A stretch of 64,000 nucleotides of DNA from Patescibacteria group bacterium (lineage in GTDB: Bacteria > Patescibacteriota > Patescibacteriia > UBA10025 > JAHIVO01). Of this stretch, positions 17,872 through 27,770 are shown one piece after another. A model generated the notes under the pieces. That model made no database searches, was not told the origin of the DNA, and saw nothing but the letters and a program-made list of their open reading frames with translations. Within the stretch, counting starts at the first letter, position 1. Each line of letters starts with the position of its first letter. The translations under genes were made by a program, and so were the position numbers. Location: contig JBMOKY010000001.1 of the NCBI GenBank assembly GCA_049325535.1, positions 621,942 to 685,941 on the forward strand, in the 5' to 3' direction.

Positions 17872-18471
17872 TCAGGGTTTACGCTGCAATACGCAAAAAA
17901 GTGCCCGCACCGGGGGGTAGCTGCCGAAAAATACTGACTCCTCCAGCGATACAAAAGAAAAAAGCTGCTGATAATATGCCCGGATATCAGCCGGTGCAAA
18001 ACGATGCGGACCGTCACTGCCAGGTTGGAGATGACTGAAACATTTCAGCAACATATACCCTTCCGGCCGAAGCAGCTGATACACCGTGCGAATATACGCT
18101 GTACGGTCAGACGGCGCAAATGTGTGGAATACTCCCCGATCAAGGACATAATCAAACGGGCCAGTCATATCGCTGTGCAGGATATTGTCCACCCGGAAAT
18201 GAACCTCGGTGCCGCGCTCCCGGGCCCTCACCCGAGCCTGCTCGATAGCTGCAGGAGAGACGTCGATACCCACTACCGAAAAGCCCCGCTCAGCCAAAGC
18301 GATTGCCTGGGTGCCAGGTCCGGTACCGATATCCAGCACGCGTTTTGTGTCCCCAGCGATTGCCTGCAGTGCTTGGTCAAAATCAGGGTCGAGATCAGCA
18401 AAAAACCAGGGTAATTTTTCTACCGGCGTTTTTCGGTATACGTCATCCCATTCTGCGGGTGTTCGATCCAT
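17872..18471 (-). CDS. Class I SAM-dependent methyltransferase (TPMT/TehB-like)
   Basis: W..Y....LPW N-terminus, VLDIGTGPG, GIDVSPAAI, FDYVLDRGVFH. Confidence 0.9.
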   Translation of the reverse strand: MDRTPAEWDDVYRKTPVEKLPWFFADLDPDFDQALQAIAGDTKRVLDIGTGPGTQAIALAERGFSVVGIDVSPAAIEQARVRARERGTEVHFRVDNILHSDMTGPFDYVLDRGVFHTFAPSDRTAYIRTVYQLLRPEGYMLLKCFSHLQPGSDGPHRFAPADIRAYYQQLFSFVSLEESVFFGSYPPVRALFCVLQRKP

Positions 18472-18508
18472 AAATACAGTGTATCACGAATCATCATGTT
18501 GATAATCA

Positions 18509-21500
18509 CTAATGCATAGTGGTCATAAATATTCCACCCTGAAACACCGGCGAATAGGCATAAAATTCTTTACGGATAAAATTGAAATTGGAAATGCTGT
18601 ATATCCGCACTAGCGGACTGCTCTGTGACCTGACGCCAACTAAAATTTCATCAGCACGATCATAATCAATATTCCCCGTGGCGACGCTTACGCCACCGCG
18701 AAATTGTGAAAGAAAAACGATAAATCCAGGATGAATGACACCCATCACCCCATTTTTAGTCCGACCAAATACCCGCACGTGTGGACCGCCAGCGACAGTA
18801 CCAGTTACGATTTCATCCAATCCATCGCCGTTGACATCTCCACAGGCGACGGTGATACCACCACGATAGCCCGGATCATAGGCCATCAAGCCCAGCGTTA
18901 CCGGCCGGAACTCGCGGTTACGGATGCCAAAGATGCGCAATTGGGGCCCGCCGGCCCGAGCCGGACCGGTAACCACCTCATCAATGCCATCGCCCTCAAT
19001 ATCACAGGTAGCCAGCGAAATACCGCCTCTGAACCGTTCGTCGTATGCCCAAAAACTTCTGACCAATGGAACAAACGCGCCCTCTCGGTATCCAAACACC
19101 CGTACCTGCGGTCCGCCGCCGCCCATCGGGCTGACTACGATTTCGCCCTCTCCATTGCCATCAAAATCTCCAACCGCAAGCGATACCCCACCCCGGAACC
19201 CTTCATCAAACGCATAAAACTCATTGAGCAATGAACCATTTCGACGGAAAACGCGTACCAGCGGCGGACTACCCGGCCCAGGAGCGGTGATGATTTCATC
19301 GTGCCCGTCCCCACCGAGATCACCCGCGGCTACCGATATACCGCTCCGCAGAGCACTGTCATATGCGAAAAATTGGCTCACCACCGTGCCATGACGATCA
19401 AACACCCGCACCTGCGGTCCGCCGCCATTGTTTGGCGCGGTGACGATATAGGTATCCACCTGAACCCGGAAACTGACAAGCGCGGCAGATGCGTCAATAT
19501 TTCCGGCAGTGTCCCGTGCCCGGACATACACTGTATGCGCGCCATTTGACAGTGTATGCAGCGTCACGCTAGTCTGCGCGCTCCAGGCTGACCAGGATCC
19601 ACTATCGAGGCGGTATGAGTAGCGTAACTGACTGGTCGGCGTGCTATCATCACTCCCTGTCCACGTGATAGTCACCACGGAGCTCTTCACTGCGGAGCGC
19701 GGGTAGGACACGAGTCGGGTATGTGGCGCCTCGTCAATCGGAACAGTACTCGTACAACTACGCGTGGTGCTCGGACGTTTAGCAATGGTGCCGCAGGCAT
19801 TCGCATCGGTACACGTTCGCGACTGACTACCACTGGCACAGGTGGACCAGCTGCCGCAAGACCATGATTCTGTGCACACCGGAACACTGCACGACTGACT
19901 CAACGCGGGACGGCTGATCATTGTCCCACAGGCATTCGCATCGGTACACGTTCGCGACTGACTACCACTGGCACAGGCGGACCAGCTGCCGCAAGACCAT
20001 GATTCAGTGCAGGAAAGAGTAATAAATGTCGCATCACTACTGGTGGCTAGGTTATCCGAACCATCACGGGACCTGACTCGATAATGATACGTCGTACCCG
20101 GCGTCAAGCCAGACAAAACACGACTATGGGACGTAGTAAGTACACTGTCCAGTCCAGTACTGGAGCCATAGGCGGCGGTGAGACCGTACTCCACTTGTGT
20201 GTCAGCCTGCTCATTCGTCGTCCAGGTGACGGTGGCGACCGCTTGGCCGATCGAGCCGACCGATACGTCGGAAATCACCGGAGCGGTCATATCAACCACA
20301 GCGTCAGTACGCTCTACTGCTCCGAGATCCGGAGCGCTTCCCTGCCAGTGCCGGCATCCGGTTTGATCAGGGTCGACATCATCCGACTGCGGACAATGGT
20401 AGCCGGCGATAATTTCACCTTGGTCAATAGCCGGACTCACTGACTGGAGTTGATAATTATGAGCGGCTTTATTCAGAAATAACGGGTCAGATTCGAAACT
20501 GTCCGCATCCTGGCTTGATGCCGTTTGCCAGGCTCCGAGCGTGGCATAGGTCGTCAGGGCGCTGGCCCGGTTTCCGGCAGTGCGCATGGCAAATGCCGTC
20601 GGACTGCTCGGGTGGTAGAAGAGATTATGGTTTGAAACGGCATTTGAAAATGAATTCCAATACAGTGAGATAAAACGGGTGCCCTGGGGTGAGGTGTAGG
20701 TTGGCACCAGATTTGAAATAATGTTATTTTTCGCCGTCAGATACGCTTCATCAAGATTGCACCCGCCCTGGGCGTCTGCCTCTGTCGTCACATGCAGACC
20801 GGACGTATCGACAATCGTATTATGGTACACCGCATACCGATTGTCCCCGCAGCCGTTAAAAATCGCGTAGCCACTGGCTTTTTGATCGGTTCGTGAAATG
20901 ATATTGAAAAAAATATTACCCTCAATGGTGCCGGCAACTTGTCCAGTGGCAGTCGGCCAACCGAGCCAGATACCTTCACGAGCGTCATGAATGACATTAT
21001 TTTTGACCGTGATGTCGATATCGCCGCGTTTCAGAGCGATCGGCTGGGCGATATTATAAAATTCATTGCCCTCTATCAGACTATCCATGACACCATACCA
21101 CTCGATGCCAGCCCCGAGATGCGCGGCTTCAAATCGCCAATCACCATATGACGGCCCGCGGTCACTGCCCGCGTCATGAATCAGATTATCCTTGATGACG
21201 TACCCAGGAGTATTTGGCAGATACGCCGCACCAGTGGCGCTGCCATTGTAAATTGCCGCGGGATTGCCGAGACAATAGCTGTCCCCAGTAGTAAAGGCGA
21301 TTTCGTTGTTTTCTATGGTGATATCCCCTGGATCGTCCTCGTACGGACTAAATGTCAACGCCCGGCCGTTTGATTGCATCAGAGTCATGTTACTCAATTC
21401 GAAATGGTACACGGACGGATGAGCAGAATATTCGCCAACCCTGACAATCGGACGCTGCGAGCATTCGATCGTGTGACTGGCCGGATTGTCGCTGTCGGGC

Positions 21501-22117
21501 ATCCACACATAGAGGTAATCAGTCAATTCGTCATACCAATATTCCCCCGCCTCATCTAAATCATCGAGTGTATCTTCCTGCACGGTTGGGTCGGCACGCA
21601 ACAACCATAACGAACGGTCGATCCAGCAGTTGGTATTATTAACTGAATAAATGTCGTTGCCGTCATAGCGGCACTGTGTCGGCGCGTCAAATTGGGCTCG
21701 ATATATGCTCCCGGAATAGAGCGACCATGACGCCGGGTCAATTTCGTCGCTGCCTAAAATGATGGTCTGCCCATAGTCCGTGGAATATCCCGAATAGATC
21801 GTCGGCTGCGCAGCATCCACGCCTGCTTTCGGAATTAGTTCTTCGCGATACTCGCCCTTGATCATTACCGTATCCCCCGCGGTATGAGCGGAATTTGCCC
21901 GATCGATGGTGCACCATGGGTGGTCAATATCGTTTTCCCCGGTCGTATAAGCGTCATCACAATCTATGTGCGTATTATCCACGTAATACACATTGCCCGC
22001 CGCTCTCGTCTCTATGGGATCGGCATACGCCAATGTCAACACTGTCAATCCGATGACCACGATTCCCCAGATAAGTATGCACCACTCGCGATATTTAATG
22101 ATACCCTTCATAGGCAA
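18509..22117 (-). CDS. Large secreted mosaic protein: beta-helix + Fn3 + two TSP1-like repeats + Ig-like + FG-GAP repeats
   Basis: Signal peptide; YYVD...PWCTI and NN-rich beta-helix; VTWTTNE...GLTPGTTYHYRV; CTESWSCGSWS.C x2; GGGPQVRVF / GD..GDG repeats. Confidence 0.85.
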   Translation of the reverse strand: MPMKGIIKYREWCILIWGIVVIGLTVLTLAYADPIETRAAGNVYYVDNTHIDCDDAYTTGENDIDHPWCTIDRANSAHTAGDTVMIKGEYREELIPKAGVDAAQPTIYSGYSTDYGQTIILGSDEIDPASWSLYSGSIYRAQFDAPTQCRYDGNDIYSVNNTNCWIDRSLWLLRADPTVQEDTLDDLDEAGEYWYDELTDYLYVWMPDSDNPASHTIECSQRPIVRVGEYSAHPSVYHFELSNMTLMQSNGRALTFSPYEDDPGDITIENNEIAFTTGDSYCLGNPAAIYNGSATGAAYLPNTPGYVIKDNLIHDAGSDRGPSYGDWRFEAAHLGAGIEWYGVMDSLIEGNEFYNIAQPIALKRGDIDITVKNNVIHDAREGIWLGWPTATGQVAGTIEGNIFFNIISRTDQKASGYAIFNGCGDNRYAVYHNTIVDTSGLHVTTEADAQGGCNLDEAYLTAKNNIISNLVPTYTSPQGTRFISLYWNSFSNAVSNHNLFYHPSSPTAFAMRTAGNRASALTTYATLGAWQTASSQDADSFESDPLFLNKAAHNYQLQSVSPAIDQGEIIAGYHCPQSDDVDPDQTGCRHWQGSAPDLGAVERTDAVVDMTAPVISDVSVGSIGQAVATVTWTTNEQADTQVEYGLTAAYGSSTGLDSVLTTSHSRVLSGLTPGTTYHYRVRSRDGSDNLATSSDATFITLSCTESWSCGSWSACASGSQSRTCTDANACGTMISRPALSQSCSVPVCTESWSCGSWSTCASGSQSRTCTDANACGTIAKRPSTTRSCTSTVPIDEAPHTRLVSYPRSAVKSSVVTITWTGSDDSTPTSQLRYSYRLDSGSWSAWSAQTSVTLHTLSNGAHTVYVRARDTAGNIDASAALVSFRVQVDTYIVTAPNNGGGPQVRVFDRHGTVVSQFFAYDSALRSGISVAAGDLGGDGHDEIITAPGPGSPPLVRVFRRNGSLLNEFYAFDEGFRGGVSLAVGDFDGNGEGEIVVSPMGGGGPQVRVFGYREGAFVPLVRSFWAYDERFRGGISLATCDIEGDGIDEVVTGPARAGGPQLRIFGIRNREFRPVTLGLMAYDPGYRGGITVACGDVNGDGLDEIVTGTVAGGPHVRVFGRTKNGVMGVIHPGFIVFLSQFRGGVSVATGNIDYDRADEILVGVRSQSSPLVRIYSISNFNFIRKEFYAYSPVFQGGIFMTTMH
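19794..20011. repeat. Intragenic direct repeat, 83 bp x2 with a 135-bp period
   Basis: 19794-19876 and 19929-20011 differ at 2 positions; they encode the TSP1-like modules. Confidence 0.95.
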
Positions 22118-22251
22118 TAAAAAGATGCACGCTGCGGTGCATTACTCCCACACATAATAATTTGTAATTGATGCTGGTGCCAATTACACACGCTATTGAA
22201 TATTATTGATTACCATTATCAGTATAGCATATTGATAGCAAAAAATCCAGA

Positions 22252-23499
22252 CTACTCCATGGTATCTACAGTAACCAGATCGCCTTGAAATTCCGCTGCA
22301 ACTGATTTACGGAAGCCAACGCGATCTGGCGCATGTATGCCCCCCAGCTTCAGCAATTCCCCCTGCACCACCGTCTCCTCGCCGTACTTATTATTGATCA
22401 TATCAAGTGCTCGTGCCAATGCTGGAGATATTTTTTTGTTCTGAAACAGCGACAGCTGGTCCACTCGCGGTCGCAGACGATATACCCCGACAGCATACCA
22501 GTGAGGCGTATCACCGCCCAGATACGGACGCACCGCCTCCCAGGCCATCTGGAATATCTGACTGGTATGAATGACGGGATGGTGTACTATTCTGCTGAAT
22601 CCAACGGCACCCCGACGAACCAATGAACTATGAAAATACACCCCCTGCGCCTCCAGCTCGCGCTCCCGTAACCTCCTACCCGTCCGCTCGCACAGTCGCA
22701 TCAGCACCGCCTGATGAAATCTGACATCCTGCGTTCGCCGCCGCAAAATGTGACTATGACCGATTGATTTCGGCTGACGCTGCACTTCCACACCCGCCAG
22801 CTCGATACCATGCAGATTCGCCCAGAGATAGTACCCGCGCACGCCCAATGTCGCCATCAGATTTGCCACCGGGTACTGAGCCAGTTCATCCAGCGTGGCA
22901 ATGCCCAATGCCTGCAGCCGGCCAGCAGTAGCGCCGGCAATCCCCCATGCTTCCTCCAATACCCGACCCCGGAGATACGCAGCCATGACATCCGGCGTCA
23001 GCACCACCACACCGCCCTTTGGTGCCGTATCACTGGCAAATTTAGCGAGCCAACGCGTAGGAGCCACACCTACGGAACATAGCAACCATTCACCGACTTC
23101 CTCCCGGATCCGCCGCTGTATTTCGACGGCAATACGATGCGCTTCATCATATGATGAAGCGACGCCCGTCAAATCCAAAAATGCCTCGTCGATCGAGTAC
23201 GGCTCAATCGCTTCCGAATACTCCGCCGCGATACTGAATATCCGCTCGCTGGTCGATCGGTACTTTGGCGGATCGACCTCAACTAGTACCACATCGGGGT
23301 ATAATTGCTGCGCCTCTGGGATACGACAACCGGTTTTGATGCCGATCTTTTTTGCTTCACGCGATGAAGCGATGATGCAGCCGTGCGGAGTCATAGTAGC
23401 GACTACACCGATCGGGCGACCACGCAAGCGAGGGTTCGCCTGCTGTTCCACGCTGGCAAAATACGATGCCATGTCGAAATGTAATATGATACGCTGCAT
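22252..23499 (-). CDS. dinB: Y-family DNA polymerase (DinB/Pol IV-like)
   Basis: ILHFDMASYFASVEQ, YSIDEAFLD, KSIGHS, QLSLF clamp motif. Confidence 0.93.
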   Translation of the reverse strand: MQRIILHFDMASYFASVEQQANPRLRGRPIGVVATMTPHGCIIASSREAKKIGIKTGCRIPEAQQLYPDVVLVEVDPPKYRSTSERIFSIAAEYSEAIEPYSIDEAFLDLTGVASSYDEAHRIAVEIQRRIREEVGEWLLCSVGVAPTRWLAKFASDTAPKGGVVVLTPDVMAAYLRGRVLEEAWGIAGATAGRLQALGIATLDELAQYPVANLMATLGVRGYYLWANLHGIELAGVEVQRQPKSIGHSHILRRRTQDVRFHQAVLMRLCERTGRRLRERELEAQGVYFHSSLVRRGAVGFSRIVHHPVIHTSQIFQMAWEAVRPYLGGDTPHWYAVGVYRLRPRVDQLSLFQNKKISPALARALDMINNKYGEETVVQGELLKLGGIHAPDRVGFRKSVAAEFQGDLVTVDTME

Positions 23500-23588
23500 T
23501 GACGAGTACCAAGCTGAATGATAAGCTCAAAGACTCAAAAAAAGTACCTACACACTCACCTACATACATCACCCATAGGAGGGGTTCG

Positions 23589-24086
23589 ATGAACAATAAA
23601 CACATCCTCACCGTTTGTTTCAAAGATAATTCCAGTACCGCCGCCATGCTGCAATCAGCGCTGGCTGCCGCGGTGCAACACCATGACATGACGGTCACCG
23701 GCTCAGTCATGCTGGATGAACTGATCGCCGAGCACCCCTCGGAAAAAACGCTGTCGCTCCTCGAACGCGCACCCGACCTGCTCATCCTGTGGATCGACAT
23801 GCTGACACCAAATCCGCTCGAACGGACCAACCAGCTGCTCATCACGCTCAATGGCGACCAGCGCTTCCAGTTCACCCACTACCATGGGGTCATACTGAAG
23901 GAGGGTTTGGGTGATACCCAATCGTACAACAGCCTGCGTAGGCATTTTGGTTCTCTACTGAATCTGCCGCCGCAGCGACGACTGACCGAAGCTCCCGACC
24001 TGAATCCTGAAGCTCCCACCGTGTGGGATCGCTTCATCGGCCAAATCATTGCCGATCTTCGGAACCAACGCATCGAACGCCGATAG
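23589..24086 (+). CDS. Hypothetical protein (SD-led stand-alone unit)
   Basis: TTGACG-17-TAAGCT promoter, SD AGGAGG, ATG at 23589, downstream terminator. Confidence 0.7.
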   Translation: MNNKHILTVCFKDNSSTAAMLQSALAAAVQHHDMTVTGSVMLDELIAEHPSEKTLSLLERAPDLLILWIDMLTPNPLERTNQLLITLNGDQRFQFTHYHGVILKEGLGDTQSYNSLRRHFGSLLNLPPQRRLTEAPDLNPEAPTVWDRFIGQIIADLRNQRIERR

Positions 24087-24106
24087 TCGAACAGCCAGCC
24101 CATCTG

Positions 24107-24142
24107 CCACCGCCAGCGCCATGCTGCAGCGGTGGTTTTTTT
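24107..24142 (+). terminator. Intrinsic terminator
   Basis: CCACCGC...GCGGTGG followed by T7. Confidence 0.7.
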
Positions 24143-24191
24143 ATAAGACATAGGATATACTAAAGGACTAAAATGCTAATCCCCCAAACAT

Positions 24192-24845
24192 ATGCACAAC
24201 CCCGAACAGGAACAATTCTCAGCCAATGAACTGGCCATCATGGAAAAAACGCTCCCCGGCCGCAGCCTGCTCGAGCAAAGTGGCGACCTGGCGCTGGCAG
24301 AAAAGCTCCACGACATGGATAACCGCGACCGCCTTATCAGCGAACGAATCGATGATCAGGGAGGACGAGAGGCTTGGCGTAAAAATATCAGCTACGTAAA
24401 GCAAAAAAACTCTGAAACGGGAGCATGGGAACATACTGACGAGATAAAAGCCATCACCGAGCAAACATTTACCCGCGACGAAAAAACAGGCGCGATTACC
24501 GACATCATAGGTACTAACCTCGACCGTGAACACAGCTGGCATGAATCGCTGACCTATGACGAGCACGGTACGCTCATCGGCCACTCAGGCGAGGTCACCG
24601 AGGGCGAACGACAAGGTGAAACCTGGAACAAGTCGTTTTCCACTGAACGAATTGGAGCGTACACGAAAAATATCGAAACCACGACCGGCAAAAAAATGGT
24701 TGATGGCGCGCTGCAGGATTTTGAAGTGGTAAAGATCAATTATACTGATAGCCAAGGTACTGTCGTGTATGGACATCAGGAGGAAACCGGCAAACCGGAA
24801 TCTGCCATGAGCTGGGGCGAAAAACCAGCCGATCTGGAGTCCTAG
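24192..24845 (+). CDS. Hypothetical acidic protein
   Basis: 217-aa ORF with protein-like composition; TATACT upstream. Confidence 0.7.
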   Translation: MHNPEQEQFSANELAIMEKTLPGRSLLEQSGDLALAEKLHDMDNRDRLISERIDDQGGREAWRKNISYVKQKNSETGAWEHTDEIKAITEQTFTRDEKTGAITDIIGTNLDREHSWHESLTYDEHGTLIGHSGEVTEGERQGETWNKSFSTERIGAYTKNIETTTGKKMVDGALQDFEVVKINYTDSQGTVVYGHQEETGKPESAMSWGEKPADLES

Positions 24846-25106
24846 TTACCCATCCAGCTGGATCTCCCTGAGTGTCCACCGCAACGAGTATGGGTCATAA
24901 AAAAGCACGTACGTATTTGCGCTATCCGACACGGCAAAACACCAGTGGTATCGATCACCAACTCTCGTCCGGTACACCAGATTGACTTGACTGATATCAT
25001 ACCGATGCTCCTGCTGGCGGATAAACGCCAGAGGTTTGACGGTGGTACCGCTAAAATCAGCTATCACCCGAATAGGTTCATTGAGCTTTTCTACATACAT
25101 ACTCAT
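24846..25106 (-). CDS. DUF6504/YqjX-like small protein (putative Y-family polymerase partner)
   Basis: EPIRV...KPLAF...RYDI...FAVSD...YVLFYDP...WTL pattern; same strand as and near dinB. Confidence 0.65.
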   Translation of the reverse strand: MSMYVEKLNEPIRVIADFSGTTVKPLAFIRQQEHRYDISQVNLVYRTRVGDRYHWCFAVSDSANTYVLFYDPYSLRWTLREIQLDG

Positions 25107-25111
25107 GTATA

Positions 25112-25140
25112 AGTATACCCGAAGAAAAACCGAAAGTCAA
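25112..25140 (-). promoter_or_regulatory. sigma70 promoter whose spacer is a TTCGG-N6-TTCGG direct repeat (candidate LexA-type operator)
   Basis: TTGACT-17-TATACT; direct repeat at 25119-25134. Confidence 0.6.
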
Positions 25141-25237
25141 ATCCATAAATATCCCCGTCCGCACGATATGTGTCAGACGGGGTTTACGAGGGAGGCGAAT
25201 CGGCAAAAGCCGATCAAATGAAAATCTACAATCCCTA

Positions 25238-25465
25238 CTACAGGGGGAGATAGCCCCCTTCGGCCTGGGACTGGCGCTCATATTTCACGCACCAGCGGGG
25301 AAAAAGACAGATACAGATAATTCCGCCGACGATACAGCCGGCCAGCGTGGTCGGCAAAAGCCACCAACTGAAACCATCGGCGATGAGGCTGATGATTAAA
25401 CCTGCGACGGCAGGTATGCCAAGGGTTATCACCACCCGAGGGCCAAAGAAAAAGAGCCGTTCCAT
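25238..25465 (-). CDS. Small 2-TM hypothetical protein (SD-led stand-alone unit)
   Basis: SD GGAGGT before MERL; TTGACT promoter at 25542-25547; CCCCGTC hairpin downstream. Confidence 0.65.
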   Translation of the reverse strand: MERLFFFGPRVVITLGIPAVAGLIISLIADGFSWWLLPTTLAGCIVGGIICICLFPRWCVKYERQSQAEGGYLPL

Positions 25466-25603
25466 ACTGCTTACCTCCATGTACTACGCTTAATGCACCC
25501 GGAATTCCTGATTAACGACACCCTACCATATTTCAAAGCAAAGTCAATACCACAAACGCCGGGCTCCTACCAGACGTTTGCGGAAACTACTACCTATTCT
25601 GAG

Positions 25604-27091
25604 CTAACGAGACAGATCGTCAACCGGTACTGGCATAGTCGCCGTCCCCGATCCCGCACTCCCCGTCACTACTCCCTGGGTTTCAATCAGTTCCGCCGCC
25701 AGCGGCACCACTACCCGCTGCTTCCAGGGACTTTTCTCAGGGTCAGCCGGGTCAATAGCAAATGCCAGTGCCGGTACGTATAGTTCATTGGTCCCGGTAT
25801 CATCGTACTGACTCATGATTATATAGGCAAATTCGGGGGCCTGAAGACGAATCTCAACCGTATTGGTAGCCGGCTCCGGCTGATACTCATATAAACCACC
25901 GCGCTCGATGATGGCGCGAAGCTCATCCACATCAGTTTCATTGGCATATTCCGAACTGTCAAAATCCATCGACTGTAGAGGATAGACAGAGGAAACACGC
26001 AGATCCGGTAAGCTCAGTGACACTTGCAGACCCTGCTGCTCACCATACGCACCATATACCGAAAGCCCGCCTATCTGTAGGGGGAAGATGACGGTCATAC
26101 TGGAAACATATGGTGCTGATTCACGGTACAGCAGCGGTTCTACTCCACCGTATCCAGCGACAGAGACGACTTCTGGCTCACCATACCCACTATAGGAAAT
26201 GTCGTGGGCATCGAGAAACGACCTGGCGGCCATAATCAGTTTTTCATCTGCGGGTATATCAGCGGTTCCCTGGGGCGTGGCAGCGGTCTCCGCGCAGTCC
26301 TCGCCGACACAATCGACCGCCACATCTCGGGTGGCATAGAGCATGTCACTGCTGATGCTGATCAGGCCATCCTGCACGTTGATATCGATAGCATACCCAC
26401 CCTCGGCAGTCTGGGCCAATGAAACGTGGCGCGTTTCTAAATCAGCAAAAGAAGACATGCGCATCAAATCCAGACCATAGGATTCTAGGTTTGCGGACAC
26501 TGAGGTAGTGGGACGGATACGGCGTACCACCTGGCTGGACGCCGGAATATCAGGAAACTCTCCACTATAAACATAGCGGTAGCTTGTAATTTCAGCATTC
26601 TGATCCGGCACAGGGAACGTACCGGGTTCTATGGCCGTTGCTGTGGTATCCGATGCCATTTCATCGGCGACATTGGTTGACTGGCGAGAGGATGATGGAC
26701 TACTCGATGATAAATCGCCAAACGCATTCGCTGACAGCTGCTGGATACCGCCTGGGGGGGTAAAAATATCATCAGTGCCTGAGGGTTGCCACCACACGTA
26801 CCAGGAAACTCCCACCACAACCACCAAGACCAGCAGACTCGCAGCTGGCACCATGGGATGAGCGCTGAGCCATCCAAACCACGAGGTTCGTACCGCTGAA
26901 CCGGCTTCCGGCTGAATAGTACGCAGCCGTTCGCGCAAAGCAGCGCGGAATTGCTCATCGATATGAACGGTCGGTTGGCTCTGGAGCAGTGCCGTGACGA
27001 TTTGCCGGACACGATCTTCATGTCCGAGGAGACGATGGTCATCGGCCACCAGCTCACTAACCAATTGATCAATACGTTCGGGGGAAATCAT
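25604..27091 (-). CDS. Putative anti-sigma factor with a large extracytoplasmic domain
   Basis: Directly after an ECF sigma; short cytoplasmic FRAALRERL domain, one TM, acidic outer domain. Confidence 0.65.
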   Translation of the reverse strand: MISPERIDQLVSELVADDHRLLGHEDRVRQIVTALLQSQPTVHIDEQFRAALRERLRTIQPEAGSAVRTSWFGWLSAHPMVPAASLLVLVVVVGVSWYVWWQPSGTDDIFTPPGGIQQLSANAFGDLSSSSPSSSRQSTNVADEMASDTTATAIEPGTFPVPDQNAEITSYRYVYSGEFPDIPASSQVVRRIRPTTSVSANLESYGLDLMRMSSFADLETRHVSLAQTAEGGYAIDINVQDGLISISSDMLYATRDVAVDCVGEDCAETAATPQGTADIPADEKLIMAARSFLDAHDISYSGYGEPEVVSVAGYGGVEPLLYRESAPYVSSMTVIFPLQIGGLSVYGAYGEQQGLQVSLSLPDLRVSSVYPLQSMDFDSSEYANETDVDELRAIIERGGLYEYQPEPATNTVEIRLQAPEFAYIIMSQYDDTGTNELYVPALAFAIDPADPEKSPWKQRVVVPLAAELIETQGVVTGSAGSGTATMPVPVDDLSR

Positions 27092-27100
27092 ATGCTTGTA

Positions 27101-27664
27101 TTATATAGTTATCGTGATAATAAATATCAGTGTGGCCACAGCAGCCAATGCAATTCGCGTTTGCCGGAGCACCCGTGAAATTTGCATCTTACATTGGCCC
27201 TCGGTCATGCCGGCTATCTGGGCGATTTCACGGTATGACAAGCCATCCCATATGCGCAGCAATACCACATCGCGATGTCGAGGCGATAATCCAGACAGAT
27301 ATTGGCGCACCTCCGACAGCAGTGCCAATTGTTCAGACGAATTTTCCGTACGTGGTTCACGACTGGTTTGCAGTATCACATCGAGGGGGATGACGGCTTT
27401 TGCAGTACGGTAATGATCGATGATGGTGTGCCGGGCGATGCGGTACAGCCAGGCGCGAAACGATCCCCCGCGATACCTTCCGATATGCCCCAGTGCCTTG
27501 ATAAATACAGCACTGGTCAGATCTTCCGCCGTTTCTCGGTGCAGCGTCCGCGCATATACAAACGCGTACATTCGATCGACGTAGTCGTCGTACAATTCAC
27601 CAAATCGTTCCATATCCCCTGCCTGGCAGGCAGCGATGGCCTCCGTTTCTCGTACGGTATCCAT
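27101..27664 (-). CDS. ECF RNA polymerase sigma factor
   Basis: AEDLTSAVF, FRAWLYRIARH, LSYREIAQ. Confidence 0.92.
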   Translation of the reverse strand: MDTVRETEAIAACQAGDMERFGELYDDYVDRMYAFVYARTLHRETAEDLTSAVFIKALGHIGRYRGGSFRAWLYRIARHTIIDHYRTAKAVIPLDVILQTSREPRTENSSEQLALLSEVRQYLSGLSPRHRDVVLLRIWDGLSYREIAQIAGMTEGQCKMQISRVLRQTRIALAAVATLIFIITITI

Positions 27665-27706
27665 AGAGTGTTCTGTTTGAATCGCATTAATGCCCTCTAA
27701 CTATAC

Positions 27707-27733
27707 AAACGATGTATAATCAAAAAAGTAACA
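27707..27733 (-). promoter_or_regulatory. Candidate ECF autoregulatory promoter
   Basis: TGTTAC-N16-CGTT upstream of the ECF gene. Confidence 0.5.
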
Positions 27734-27770
27734 CGGCAGGACTCAACTAACACAAGTAACTGACGCGCTC

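Noticed and set aside
19794-20011. CRISPR array or DGR template/variable repeat
   Set aside because: Only two in-frame copies inside a CDS with two differences; no cas or reverse transcriptase gene in the window.
22895-23521. 208-aa plus-strand ORF (and similar long antisense ORFs, e.g. 55898-56506 and 60558-61058)
   Set aside because: Shadow frames of well-supported genes, with no expression signals or motifs.
23499-25560. Integron cassette array
   Set aside because: No integrase and no repeated attC-like sites; the units have their own promoters and mixed orientation.
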